Positions 1-12,812 of a stretch of DNA of 64,000 nucleotides are shown one piece after another. Source of the stretch: Phyllobates terribilis (Eukaryota). The notes under the pieces are model-generated. The model worked only from the letters and a program-made list of their open reading frames with translations, ran no database searches and was not told the DNA's origin. The first letter of the stretch is position 1. Each line of letters begins with the position of its first letter. The translations under genes and the position numbers were made by a program. Where the stretch lies: assembly GCF_046119375.1 (NCBI RefSeq), contig NW_027362773.1, forward strand, positions 174,530,001-174,594,000. Direction: 5' to 3'.

Positions 1-2
1 AC

Positions 3-239
3 GTCTTCGTGACCAGGAGAGACGTTGAGTCCCACCTACCGGAGGGACACAGAGGTCGTGACCTGTATGTAGGGGACGAGGTCACCTTCACCCGGCACAA
101 GTGTGCCAAAGGACCCTACGCCCTCCATGTGCATCGCCTGACGGAGGAGGAGCTGCGGTGTGAGGAGGAGCAAGAGGACCCGGACGGGTCTGAAGCTAAA
201 GGTAACCACAAAGAAAGAGCAGGAGGACGTCGTCGTTGA
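3..239 (+). CDS. C-terminal part of the CSD protein of copy 1 (VFVTRRDVESHLPEGHRGRDLYVGDEVTFTRHKCAKGPYALHVHRL...RRR*), 5'-partial
   Basis: Open frame running in from the window edge, homologous to 44765-45010; second half of a cold-shock fold. The GTG start called at 9 is not the real start. Confidence 0.8.
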   Translation, partial: VFVTRRDVESHLPEGHRGRDLYVGDEVTFTRHKCAKGPYALHVHRLTEEELRCEEEQEDPDGSEAKGNHKERAGGRRR

Positions 240-689
240 GTACAGCAGAGTAGAAGCTGTATATAGTTGCCCGTCGGGGCACAGTGAACCGTTGCTGCTA
301 ATATAGTCCCCGTTGGGACCAGAGAACTGAACTGTTAACCCGTGTGTCCCTATTCCCACTGACCGAGGACTGAGAGCGGTCATCCCTATTCCCATTACCT
401 GGCCGAGGACTGAGAGCGGCCATACCTCCCCTTGTATATAGTTGCGCTTTCTAAAGCGCCCCCTACTGGTTTTATGGGAAAACCATTTTCTTCAAGAGAC
501 AGTCGCACTTTACCCGGTCACAAGTTGCACCGTGACCGGAGGAACCAGAGACAAGAGTGTTATTTATGAAAAGTTTTATATGAAAAGTTTTATATGATGT
601 TTTATTATGTTGTTTATGCAAAAATTGTATGTTTTGGTGTTTTTTGTATCTTACAGCCCGAGGACGTGCTGTGATTTACCAGGGGGGAA

Positions 690-1891
690 TGTAGCACCCT
701 GAGGATTCGGCTGCTACAGGGGTATTGCACCTCAACCCAGAGGTGTGATGTTCCACTCCCGGGTAAGGATGGAGTGTGGAACTGAGCTCAGAAAGCTGCA
801 TGCACTACACACATCCCATTTCCGAGGAACAGACCAACGGTACTCCCACTTAGAAATGTGCAGGTACGACCGAGTCTGTTCCTGGCTGGAGTGGGAGGGG
901 GGTGGTACATCCCAGTAGTGTAGGGGCAGATAGGGGGAGCAGCCTGGGTAAAGATAGGAGCTCATTGGGTGCTGGTCACCTGAGCTCACACATAGAGGGA
1001 GTATTTAAGGTGGGCACCATCTAAGATCAGGGTCAGTCTGTCAGCCTTTTGTCAGAGCAGAGCAGAGGAAGAGAGCAGAGGAGAAGAGCAGCTCCAAGGC
1101 CCAGAGAGAGAGAGGAGAAAGAAAGACCCAGAGGGGGAGAAAGAAGGAACTCTGAGAGCCCAAACTAAATCAAAGGGTGAAGAGTTGGCAACAGGGTACC
1201 GGATCCCAAGCTGGCAGAGGCTACAGTACACCTTAGCCAGAGACCGGAGGTCGTGGGCAGGATCTGCCACGATCACCCACTAAATCCACCCGGAAGGCAT
1301 ACCACGAATAGGGTCAGGAAAGCCAGAGAAGGTTTTGCCAACAAGAGGCCCGAGGGAGCCGGACATAGGTGGATCCCTGGTGGGGAAGGCCAGAGACGAG
1401 GACAGGTCAGAACGGGAGCTCAGAACCACGCTCCAGAACTACTTGGGGGTTGGCCGAGTCCAGGACCTGGTGGACGCAGCACGGCTCGGGTGGTCACTCA
1501 AGGCCGGAGTGACCGGAACATCTGCAGTAAGTAAAGAACCCTGAACTGCACAACCCGACTCTGTCTCTGATTACCATCATCCCTGCACTTCCACAACCAC
1601 CATCCTCTGCACCTGACCCCCTGAGGCTATACCCCTCCCGTTGGGGGTTATACTACCTAAGCTGCACAAACACCATCAGCCTCAGTGGACCCTGCTGCAG
1701 CGGCGGCCGTAGTGACCGCAATTCAACGGGTGGCGTAGTCGACATAAAGAACATCCAGTAGCATCATAGGACTGCCACACACTGAGCTTGACACCCTGGG
1801 CACGGACCGGGTCACCGCCACTCGGAGACTACAACCCCCATCTGATCCGGCTCCGGGTATCCCCAACAACACTGGCCCAGGGGGCGCGTCA
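690..1891 (+). repeat. 3' LTR (1202 bp) of CSD element copy 1
   Basis: TG...CA termini, PPT directly upstream, TATA-like gagtatttaagg, agtaaa poly(A)-like signal, homology to 41802-43022. Confidence 0.9.
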
Positions 1892-4800
1892 CTCACACAT
1901 GTGTCCAGGCGGGTTACCAGCAGTGATAGATGAGGGGGTGGGGCTGATAACCCCTCACACATGTGTAAAGGCGGGTTACCAGCAGTGATAGATGAGAGGG
2001 GCGGGGCTGAGAACCCCTCACACAGGTGTACAGGCGAGTTACCAGCAGTGATAGATGAGGGGGCGGGGCTGAGAACCCCTCACACATGTGTACAGGTGGG
2101 TTACAAGCAGTGATAGATGAGGGGGCGGGGCTGAGAACCCCTCACACATGTGTACAGGCGGGTTACCAGCAGTGATAGATGAGGGGGCGGGGTTGAGAAC
2201 CCCTCATACAGGTGTACAGGCGGGTTACCAGCAGTGATAGATGAGGGGGCGGGGCTGAGAACCCCTCACACATGTGTACAGGCGGGTTACCTGCAGTGAT
2301 AAATGAGGGGGCGGGGCTGAGAACCCCTCACACATGTGTACAGGCGGGTTACCAGCAGTGATAGATGAGGGGGCGGGGCTGAGAACCCCTCACACAGGTG
2401 TACAGGCGGGTTACCAGCAGTGATAGATGAGGGGGCGGGGCTGAGAACCCCTCACACAGGTGTACAGGCGGGTTACCAGCAGTGATAGATGAGGGGGCGG
2501 GGCTGAGAACCCCTCTCACATGTGTACAGGCGGGTTACCAGCAGTGATAGATGAGGGGGCGGGGCTGAGAACCCCTCACACATGTGTACAGGCGGGTTAC
2601 CTGCAGTGATAGATGAGGGGGCGGGGCTGAGAACCCCTCACACATGTGTCCAGGCGGGTTACCAGCAGTGATAGATGAGGGGGCGGGGCTGAGAACCCCT
2701 CACACATGTGTCCAGGCGGGTTACCAGCAGTGATAGATGAGGGGGCGGGGCTGAGAACCCCTCACACAGGTGTACAGGCGGGTTACCAGCAGTGATAGAT
2801 GAGGGGGCGGGGCTGAGAACCCCTCTCACATGTGTACAGGCGGGTTACCAGCAGTGATAGATGAGGGGGCGGGGCTGAGAACCCCTCACACATGTGTACA
2901 GGCGGGTTACCTGCAGTGATAGATGAGGGGGTGGGGCTGAGAACCCCTCACACAGGTGTACAGGCGGTTTACCAGCAGTGATAGATGAGGGGGCGGGGCT
3001 GAGAACCCCTCACACAGGTGTACAGGCGGGTTACCAGCAGTGATAGATGAGGGGGCGGGGCTGAGAACCCCTCACACAGGTGTACAGGCGGGTTACCAGC
3101 AGTGATAGATGAGGGGGCGGGGCTGAGAACCCCTCACACATGTGTACAGGCGGGTTACCAGCAGTGATAGATGAGGGGGCGGAGCTGAGAACCCCTCACA
3201 CAGGTGTACAGGCGGGTTACCAGCAGTGATAGATGAGGGGGCGGGGCTGAGAACCCCTCTCACATGTGTACAGGCGGGTTACCAGCAGTGATAGATGAGG
3301 GGGCGGGGCTGTGAACCCCTCACACAGGTATACAGGCGGGTTACCAGCAGTGATAGATGAGGGGGCGGGGCTGAGAACCCCTCACACATGTGTACAGGCG
3401 GGTTACCAGCAGTGATAGATGAGGGGGCGGGCTGAGAACCCTTCACACATGTGTACAGGCGGGTTACCAGCAGTGATAGATGAGGGGGCGGGGCTGTGAA
3501 CCCCTCACACAGGTGTACAGGCGGGTTACCAGCAGTGATAGATGAGGGGGCGGGGCTGAGAACCCCTCACACATGTGTACAGGCGGGTTACCAGCAGTGA
3601 TAGATGAGGGGGCGGGCTGAGAACCCTTCACACATGTGTACAGGCGGGTTACCAGCAGTGATAGATGAGGGGGCGGGGCTGAGAACCCCTCACACAGGTG
3701 TACAGGCGGGTTACCAGCAGTGATAGATGAGGGGGCGGGGCTGAGAACCCCTCACACATGTGTCCAGGCGGGTTACCAGCAGTGATAGATGAGGGGGCGG
3801 GGCTGAGAACCCCTCACACATGTGTCCAGGCGGGTTACCAGCAGTGATAGATGAGGGGGCGGGGCTGAGAACCCCTCACACAGGTGTACAGGCGGGTTAC
3901 CAGCAGTGATAGATGAGGGGGCGGGGCTGAGAACCCCTCTCACATGTGTACAGGCGGGTTACCAGCAGTGATAGATGAGGGGGCGGGGCTGAGAACCCCT
4001 CACACATGTGTCCAGGAGGGTTACCAGCAGTGATAGATGAGGGGGCGGGGCTGAGAACCCCTCACACATGTGTCCAGGCGGGTTACCAGCAGTGATAGAT
4101 GAGGGGGCGGGGCTGAGAACCCCTCACACAGGTGTACAGGCGGGTTACCAGCAGTGATAGATGAGGGGGCGGGGCTGAGAACCCCTCACACATGTGTACA
4201 GGCGGGTTACCAGCAGTGATAGATGAGGGGGCGGGGCTGAGAACCCCTCACACAGGTGTACAGGCGGGTTACCAGCAGTGATAGATGAGGGGGCGGGGCT
4301 GAGAACCCCTCTCACATGTGTACAGGCGGGTTACCAGCAGTGATAGATGAGGGGGCGGGGCTGTGAACCCCTCACACAGGTGTACAGGCGGGTTACCAGC
4401 AGTGATAGATGAGGGGGCGGGGCTGAGAACCCCTCACACATGTGTACAGGCGGGTTACCAGCAGTGATAGATGAGGGGGCGGGCTGAGAACCCTTCACAC
4501 ATGTGTACAGGCGGGTTACCAGCAGTGATAGATGAGGGGGCGGGGCTGAGAACCCCTCACACAGGTGTACAGGCGGGTTACCAGCAGTGATAGATGAGGG
4601 GGCGGGGCTGAGAACCCCTCACACATGTGTACAGGCGGGTTACCAGCAGTGATAGATGAGGGGGCGGGGCTGAGAACCCCTCACACATGTGTACAGGCGG
4701 GTTACCAGCAGTGATAGATGAGGGGGCGGGGCTGAGAACCCCTCTCACATGTGTACAGGCGGGTTACCAGCAGTGATAGATGAGGGGGCGGGGCTGAGAA

Positions 4801-6706
4801 CCCCTCTCACATGTGTACAGGCGGGTTACCAGCAGTGATAGATGAGGGGGCGGGGCTGAGAACCCCTCACACAGGTGTACAGGCGGGTTACCAGCAGTGA
4901 TAGATGAGGGGGCGGGGCTGAGAACCCCTCACACATGTGTACGGGCGGGTTACCAGCAGTGATAGATGAGGGGGCGGGCTGAGAACCCTTCACACATGTG
5001 TACAGGCGGGTTACCAGCAGTGATAGATGAGGGGGCGGGCTGAGAACCCTTCACACATGTGTACGGGCGGGTTACCAGCAGTGATAGATGAGGGGGCGGG
5101 GCTGAGAACCCCTCTCACATGTGTACAGGCGGGTTACCAGCAGTGATAGATGAGGGGGCGGGGCTGAGAACCCCTCACACATGTGTACAGGCAGGTTACC
5201 AGCAGTGATAGATGAGGGGGCGGGCTGAGAACCCCTCACACATGTGTACAGGCGGGTTACCAGCAGTGATAGATGAGGGGGCGGGGCTGAGAACCCCTCA
5301 CACATGTGTACAGGCGGGTTACCAGCAGTGATAGATGAGGGGGCGGGGCTGAGAACCCCTCTCACATGTGTACAGGCGGGTTACCAGCAGTGATAGATGA
5401 GGGGGCGGGGCTGAGAACCCCTCTCACATGTGTACAGGCGGGTTACCAGCAGTGATAGATGAGGGGGCGGGGCTGAGAACCCCTCACACAGGTGTACAGG
5501 CGGGTTACCAGCAGTGATAGATGAGGGGGCGGGCTGAGAACCCCTCACACATGTGTACGGGCGGGTTACCAGCAGTGATAGATGAGGGGGCGGGCTGAGA
5601 ACCCTTCACACATGTGTACAGGCGGGTTACCAGCAGTGATAGATGAGGGGGCGGGCTGAGAACCCTTCACACATGTGTACGGGCGGGTTACCAGCAGTGA
5701 TAGATGAGGGGGCGGGCTGAGAACCCTTCACACATGTGTACAGGCGGGTTACCAGCAGTGATAGATGAGGGGGCGGGGCTGAGAACCCCTCTCACATGTG
5801 TACAGGCGGGTTACCAGCAGTGATAGATGAGGGGGCGGGCTGAGAACCCCTCACACATGTGTACAGGCGGGTTACCAGCAGTGATAGATGAGGGGGCGGG
5901 CTGAGAACCCTTCACACATGTGTACGGGCGGGTTACCAGCAGTGATAGATGAGGGGGCGGGGCTGAGAACCCCTCTCACATGTGTACAGGCGGGTTACCA
6001 GCAGTGATAGATGAGGGGGCGGGCTGAGAACCCTTCACACATGTGTACGGGCGGGTTACCAGCAGTGATAGATGAGGGGGCGGGGCTGAGAACCCCTCTC
6101 ACATGTGTACAGGCGGGTTACCAGCAGTGATAGATGAGGGGGCGGGCTGAGAACCCTTCACACATGTGTACGGGCGGGTTACCAGCAGTGATAGATGAGG
6201 GGGCGGGGCTGAGAACCCCTCTCACATGTGTACAGGCGGGTTACCAGCAGTGATAGATGAGGGGGCGGGGCTGAGAACCCCTCACACATGTGTACAGGCG
6301 GGTTACCAGCAGTGATAGATGAGGGGGCGGGGCTGAGAACCCCTCACACATGTGTACAGGCAGTTTACCAGCAGTGATAGATGAGGGGGCGGGGCTGAGA
6401 ACCCCTCACACATGTGTACGGGCGGGTTACCAGCAGTGATAGATGAGGGGGCGGGGCTGAGAACCCCTCTCACATGTGTACAGGCGGGTTACCAGCAGTG
6501 ATAGATGAGGGGGCGGGGCTGAGAACCCCTCTCACATGTGTACAGGCGGGTTACCAGCAGTGATAGATGAGGGGGCGGGGCTGAGAACCCCTCTCACATG
6601 TGTACAGGCGGGTTACCAGCAGTGATAGATGAGGGGGCGGGGCTGAGAACCCCTCTCACATGTGTACAGGCGGGTTACCAGCAGTGATAGATGAGGGGGC
6701 GGGGCT
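1892..6706. repeat. 62-bp minisatellite, about 77 copies (gagaacccctcacacatgtgtacaggcgggttaccagcagtgatagatgagggggcggggct)
   Basis: Period read directly (gagaacccc at 2071 and 2133); 61-bp variants occur; each unit has a GC box and usually the palindrome acacatgtgt. Confidence 0.97.
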
Positions 6707-7186
6707 GGAGTGATGTGATCACCAGGGTGGGGCTAGAGTATGAGGTGTGGTCTCAGGTCATTATATCATTGGGGGCGGGGCTGGAATATAAGGGATGTGG
6801 TCTCATGTCATATCAGTGATGTAATCACTGGGGGCGGGGCTGGAGTATAAGGGGTGTGGTCTCATGTCATTATATCAGTGATGTCATCACCGAGGGCGGG
6901 GCTGGAGTATAAGAGGTGTGGTCTCATGTCATTATACCAGTGATGTCATCACCAGGGGTGGGGCTGCAGTATAATGGGTGTGGTCTCATGTCATTATACC
7001 AGTGATGTCATCACCAGGGGTGGGGCTGCAGTATAATGGGTGTGGCCTCATGTCATTATGTCAGTGATGTCATCACCAGGGGTGGGGCTGCAGTATAATG
7101 GGTGTGGCCTCATGTCATTATGTCAGTGATGTCATCACCAGGGGCGGGGCTGCAGTATAAGGGGTGTGGCCTCATGTCATTATATC
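6707..7186. repeat. Degenerate ~58-bp tandem repeat related to the 62-bp satellite
   Basis: About 8 units of cagtgatgtcatcaccaggggtggggctgcagtataatgggtgtggtctcatgtcattatat, sharing cagtgat...ggggcggggct with the 62-mer. Confidence 0.8.
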
Positions 7187-8128
7187 ACATTTCAATAGCT
7201 CACTTGCCATCTTTGAGCCTGTCACAGAAGAAGACGTTACCCAGCTCCTCATTTCTTCTCAACCTACAACCTGCAACAGTGACCCCATTCCCTCACATCT
7301 CCTGCAGTCCCTCTCACCGGTGGTCACCACTCACCTGACTAAAATAATTAACCTCTCTCTTTCTTCAGGTATCTTTCCCTCTTCTTTTAAACATGCCATC
7401 ATAACCCCTTTACTTAAAAAAACATCCCTGGACCAGAACTGCGCTGCCAACTACAGACCTGTTTCCAATCTTCCCTTCATCTCTAAACTCCAGGAACGCC
7501 TGGTCCACTCCCGCCTAATCCGCTATCTCTCAGATAACTCTCTTCTTCTCTTCTTGACCCTTTACAATCCGGTTTCTGCTCCTCACACTCTACTGAAACT
7601 GCCCTCACTAAAGTCTCTAACGATCTACTAACAGCTAAATCTAATGGTCACTGCTCCCTGCTGATCTCCTGGATCTCTCTGCAGCATTCGACACTGTGGA
7701 TCACCAGCTCCTCCTCACTATGCTCCGCACTATCGGCCTCAAGGACACTCTTCTCTCCTGGTTCTCCTCCTACCTCTCTGACCGCTCCTTCACTGTGTCT
7801 TTTGCCGGCTCCTCCTCCTCTAACCTCCCCCTTACTATTGGGGTCCGCAGGGCTCAGTCCTCGGCCCCCTCCTCTTCTCTGTATACACTGCCCCTATTGG
7901 ACAAACCATCAGCAGATTCGGTTTTCAGTACCATCTCTATGCTGACGACACCCAACTATACACCTCTGCTCCGGACATCACTCCTACCCTAATACAAAAT
8001 ACCGAGGATTGTCTGTCCGCTGTGTCTAGCATCATGTCCTCCCTCTATCTGACACTGAATCTCTCCAAAACTGAACTTCTTGTGTTTCCCCCCTCTACTA
8101 ACCCAACTCTACCTAACATGGAAATTAC

Positions 8129-8305
8129 AAAAGAGAGAACCAGGTGATGGCGGTGACTTTGCCATCAAGTGAGATCACGGTGCAGGACCTTCAGGTTGCT
8201 CATAAGTAAAAAAAATGTTTTGATTATTCACCCTAATATAAAACAATAAAACCTATAAACACAACGCGTTTCGGCTTTTTGTAGCCTTCTTCAGGTGTGA
8301 CATTG
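8129..8305 (-). mobile_element. Penelope-like terminal fragment inserted in the L2, with a hammerhead motif
   Basis: Flanked by a 14-bp duplication with one mismatch (aacatggaaattac 8115-8128; aacattgaaattac 8306-8319). Minus strand reads acac-CTGAAGA-aggct-acaaaa-agcc-GAAA-cgcg-tt-gtgt. Confidence 0.7.
8256..8298 (-). ncRNA. Minimal type I hammerhead ribozyme motif of the Penelope-associated kind
   Basis: CUGANGA and GAAA cores, stem II ggct/agcc, stem I acac/gtgt, palindromic cgcg in stem/loop III. One extra A follows the core and the cleavage triplet is GUU. Confidence 0.6.
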
Positions 8306-8494
8306 AACATTGAAATTACTTTGGAGGGTTCAACCATAACTCTCAGCAGCACGCCCGCTGCCTGGGGGTCATATTCGACTCTAACCTTTCCTTTACTCCC
8401 TATATCCGATCACTCACTCGCTCCTGTCACCTGTATCTTAAAAACATCTCCAGAATCCGATCTTTTCTCACCTTTGAAGCCGGTAAAACTCTTA

Positions 8495-9577
8495 GGCTGT
8501 GTGCGCACTATGCGTTCCGCAGAAACACTTAGAAAAACGCTTGGCAGAAGGTCTGCCATGTTCCCCAATGATAATCTGCATGTGCACATGCTGCGGAAAT
8601 TTCCGCTGCGGATTATCATTGCGCAAAAATCTGCAGCACAACCATTAATTTTGCGTAATCGCGGCGTTTTAGCCGCCATTGACTTAAATTGGATCGCATA
8701 ACATCCGCATCGCTACATGTGCACATGCGGATATTATGCGATTCTATGCGCGGATGGTACCCAGGTCTAGAGAAGAGGAGACTGTCATCTGACCCGGGTA
8801 CCATAGTACCTGTAAAAAAAAAGAATTAAATTAAAAAAACCTTTATACTCACCTTTCCGGCGCCCCCGGCCTGATCTCAGTGGCGCTGCTGTCTCCTTGG
8901 CTTCCGGCGGTGGTCTGCAAGGACCTTCCATGATGTCATTTAGTCATGTGATGGTCACGCGACCGCTGATGTTAGTGGTCAGGTGATGGTCGCGTGACCT
9001 TCACATGACTAAATGACGTCATGGAAGGTCCTTTTTAGGGCACCGGGAGCCGCCGAACATACCAGACGCATCGCTGAGGAGACCAGGGGCCATCAGAAGG
9101 TGAGTATAATGTTTGTTTTAATTTTTTTTTACTATTGATGCTCACAACTTGGTCACACTAAGTTACTAACAACCATGCCGGTTACATGGATTTATATAGT
9201 GTGACCAAGTTGTCAAGCACTTTCCAAGTGATGCTAAAATGGCTTGTCAACCCGCATGCGGAAATGCAAGTGAAGAACGCTTCACATCCACATGTCCCTG
9301 GCAGGAAAACCGCATGTACAATCCGCATGTACAATCCGCATGCACAATCCGCATGCACAATCCGCATGTACAATCCGCATGTACAATCCGCATGTACAAT
9401 CCGCATGTACAATCCGCATGTACAATCCGCATGCACAATCCGCATGCGCAATCCGCATGTGCAATCCGCATGTACAATCCGCATGTACAATCCGCATGTA
9501 CAATCCACATGTACAATCCGCATGTACAATCATGTCAGGAAAAATCCGCAGCATTTCTGCATCGTGGGCACACAGCC
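8495..9577. mobile_element. PIF/Harbinger-type MITE
   Basis: TIRs ggctgtgtgcgcac / gtgggcacacagcc, TTA duplicated on both sides (8492-8494, 9578-9580); the L2 reading frame resumes across it. Confidence 0.88.
9311..9530. repeat. 13-bp tandem repeat (aatccgcatgtac), about 17 copies, inside the MITE
   Basis: Read directly; it generates the repetitive ORFs at 9182-9884. Confidence 0.95.
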
Positions 9578-10046
9578 TTACTGTCGCTCTTATCAGTCTC
9601 TTCTGGACTACTGCAACTCTCTTCTGATCGGTCTCCCTCTTACCAAACTTTCTCCTCCTCTCCAATCCGTCCTGAATGCGGCAGCCAGGGTCGTATTTCT
9701 GTCCAGCCGCTTCACCGATGCCTCCATCTTGTGCCAGTCATTACACTGGTTACCCACTCGCTACAGGCTCCAATATAAACTCCTCTCTCTCACCCACAAA
9801 GCTCTCCACAGTTCTGCACCGCATTATATCTCCTCTCTCATCTCTATCGCCCTACACGTGCCCTCCGTTCCACAAATGACCTAAGACTAACATCCCCCAT
9901 AATCCGAACCTCGCACCTCCGTCTCCAAGACTTCTCTCGTGCTGCGCCAGTTCTCTGGAATGCTCTACCCCAGACGATCCAACTGATCCCTAGCCCCCAC
10001 GTCTTCAAGTGCGCTTTAAAAACCCATCTCTTTAAACAAGCGTACC

Positions 10047-11229
10047 TGTCAGGGAACAACACCCACTTTTGGGTCAGACCTTGCAGCTCTCTGGCGCCCC
10101 CTTATCCTGCTGGTCAAGCACGGTATTGACCGAGGATAAGCACAGGCGCAGCTGCTCTAATTTATGTCGACTATTGCGGCACGTGATGTGACAGGACGTA
10201 TATATACCACCAGTTCCTTCCAGGAACGTATATATACCTCCGACCAGCCACCCTCAAACCACAATATCACATAAATACTGGTATACTACCACCACCGATC
10301 GCTTAATAGGTGGATCGGGTACCCGTTAGGTAACGTGAATTAGCGGGTGAGGAACGTGTTTGCTCGACATAGGACAAGAAGAACGAAGCTGGTAAATAAT
10401 AATGATTTACTCCCAAAAGGGGTGCAGCGTTTACAAAAGATATACAAGATATTATAAAAGAGACAATGTACATACATGCATAAACAGTTATTAAAATAAA
10501 AGGGATAAGTGATAGCAAAACCTGCGCCACGTGGTGATGGTCTCAGATTCTGTGGGGGGGACGGCTCCCCGGAAAGTAGATGTGATTCCTTCACGTAGCG
10601 TGTAGGGCATGGGTCTGACGTCCCTGGTTGGAATGACTTGGAAAATGGCCGTTCTGGTTTTTACTAAAGGGGCCAAACGATTAGGAGACACCCATATTGT
10701 TTACCTCACACGGGGGCTCGGTTTTGTGAAACCACCCAGCTGCATAGCACATAAAAACCTTCAGATTTCATATCTTGGTGTGGGGGGGTCCCACATCCAA
10801 GATGGAGACATCATGTTGGCCGTCACCACTATTCATGAAGATTGATATCAAATATGAAATCGCTATGATGCTCAGAAGCTCAGAATCCATTATCCCAGTT
10901 CCCGGTCGTTTCTCAGTTATGCAAGATATACTATTATAATGGGAAAAAGGTGAGCATTCCAAAAATGTGGTCCCTGTGTTTGTGACCGTCATGTGCGTTT
11001 TTAAATTCTACATTAACTGTACAAACTTTTAAACAATGGGAATTTTGGAGGGAATAACTATTTTGAACTAGAAGCTGCTCTGCGCTGAGGGTTTACGACG
11101 GTAATAAAAATTCTTAGGGTGGGGGCAAGCACTGCAGTTCTATGTCTTACAAATGGACTGGGGGGGGTGGAAATTTGAGACAGCTCTCATTTTTTTAAAG
11201 CTAGGACCAACAATACATTTTGCCTGACA
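10047..11229. mobile_element. Solo LTR (1183 bp), family unidentified, inserted at the end of L2 ORF2
   Basis: Inverted termini tgtcagg...cctgaca, 5-bp TSD gtacc (10042-10046, 11230-11234), no coding content. Confidence 0.8.
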
Positions 11230-11762
11230 GTACCACCTTAACTACTCAGTAACCTAACCTTCCCCTGTCCCCTCCTAAATATTCTTCAGAATCTGCTCCC
11301 TCCTCTTCCTCGGTCTCCGCACCCTCCATGCACACGATAACTGCACTCGATACTTGAGTATTGCACGTATACAGGCTGATGACCGGATCATACAGCTTTA
11401 TATGAAAATCCCTATTTATTATGATTGCCAGACCTGAATTAACAAGCACTGATCACCTGTTGTGTCCCCCCATAGACTGTAAGCAGCGAGCAGCCGGACC
11501 CTCACTGCTAATGTAACTGTTCACTGCCTTACCTTGTATTGAATTTATTGTCTGTACATGTCCCCGATTATTGTACAGTGCTGCGGAATATGTTGGCGCT
11601 ATAAAAATAAAAATTATCTTATCAGTGATGTCATCACCGGGGGCGGGGCTAACAACCTCTCACACATGTATACAGGCGTGTTGTCATCCGAAATTGATAG
11701 TTACAGGATTATACACAATTACATTCTTCATGTGTTATTTTAGACTAATTCTGGATCAATGT

Positions 11763-12798
11763 TGTAGCGCCCCGAGGGCTCGGCTGCTACAGAGGTATTG
11801 CACCTCAACCAGAGGTGTGATATTCCACTCCCAGGTAAGGATGGAGTGTGGACCAGGGCTTAGTTAGCTGCATACACACACAAACCCCATTTCCGGGGGA
11901 CAGCTCGACGGTGCTCCCATTTATGCAGGCACGACCGACTATGTCCCTGGCTGGAGTGGGGAGGGGGGAGAGAACCCAGTGATGTAGGAGCAGAAGGGGA
12001 TGGTTTCTGGAGCACAGGAAGGAGCTCATTGGGTGCAGGTCACCTGAGCTCAGACACAGAAGCAGATAAAAGGTGGGAGCCATCTTTAGTCAGAGTTCAG
12101 TTCAGAGAGTAGAGAGAGAGAAGTAGTTCAGCCAGAGAGAGCTGACAGGGAGCCGAGACTCAGCCTGAGCTCAGCTCCACGAGGCAGGCCTGGAGAGAAG
12201 GCCGGAGCCAGAGAGGAGAAGAGAAGAAGGAGAAGGAAGGAAGGAGAAGAGACAGAGGACTAGAAAGGCTCCAGAAACAAGAAGGCAGAAGGGACCCAAG
12301 AGAGCAGAACGGACAGCAACCGTTGCAAACCCGCGTTATATCAGGTGAAGGGTCAGGCTGTGGAAGGGTACCGGATTCCCAAGTTGGTGGAGGTCAATCA
12401 TCCCTCAGCCAAGAACCGGAGGTCGTGATCATTTATTGGTGCGACCCCCTGCTACACCCGCTAGTAAGGCACCACATAGGATAGCGGGAAACGGAGGCCA
12501 ACGCTTGCCCGATACGGTCCGCGGTAGCTGGACAGAAGTTTGGTCACTGGTGGGGCACGAGAGGCCAGAGAAAGGACAGAAGGGGGTCCTGTGCCACACT
12601 CCTGAGTTGCCTGGGGGTTGACCGAGCCCCTCACCTGGTGGACGCAGCACGGCTTGGGCAGTCATTGCTGACAGAAGTGACTTGGATAACAACTGTGAGT
12701 AAAAACCCTGGACTGCACCATTGGACTCTGTGTGATTTCTGCTGCGCCAGCACCATCACCCCCAGCATCCACCTACACTGCCCTGAGGGGGCGAGTCA
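11763..12798 (+). mobile_element. Solo LTR of a diverged subfamily of the CSD element, with a U5 deletion
   Basis: Starts tgtagcgccccgagggctcggctgctacag (cf. tgtagcaccctgaggattcggctgctacag), ends gggggcgagtca, 4-bp TSD atgt (11759-11762, 12799-12802). Confidence 0.85.
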
Positions 12799-12812
12799 AT
12801 GTGTCACATCTT

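Larger units (their letters stand above)
1..1891 (+). mobile_element. 3' part of a cold-shock-domain (CSD) LTR element, copy 1 (ORF end, 3' UTR, PPT, 3' LTR); 5' part lies outside the window
   Basis: ORF end is near-identical to the end of the 43235-45010 ORF. PPT aggggggaa at 681-689. LTR runs tgtagcaccc (690) to gggggcgcgtca (1891), same termini as the LTRs at 41802 and 45471. Confidence 0.9.
7187..10046 (+). pseudogene. Frameshifted and interrupted L2 ORF2 reverse transcriptase
   Basis: ORF-track pieces 7164-7631, 7696-7992, 8297- and 9581- carry consecutive L2 RT motifs in changing frames. Confidence 0.85.
7187..11618 (+). mobile_element. 5'-truncated L2-clade LINE with three nested insertions
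   Basis: RT motifs [36 protein letters not shown]. 3' UTR tagactgtaagc and tail gcgctataaaaataaaaattat. The ~58-bp repeat resumes after it (atcagtgatgtcatcacc, 11621). Confidence 0.9.
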
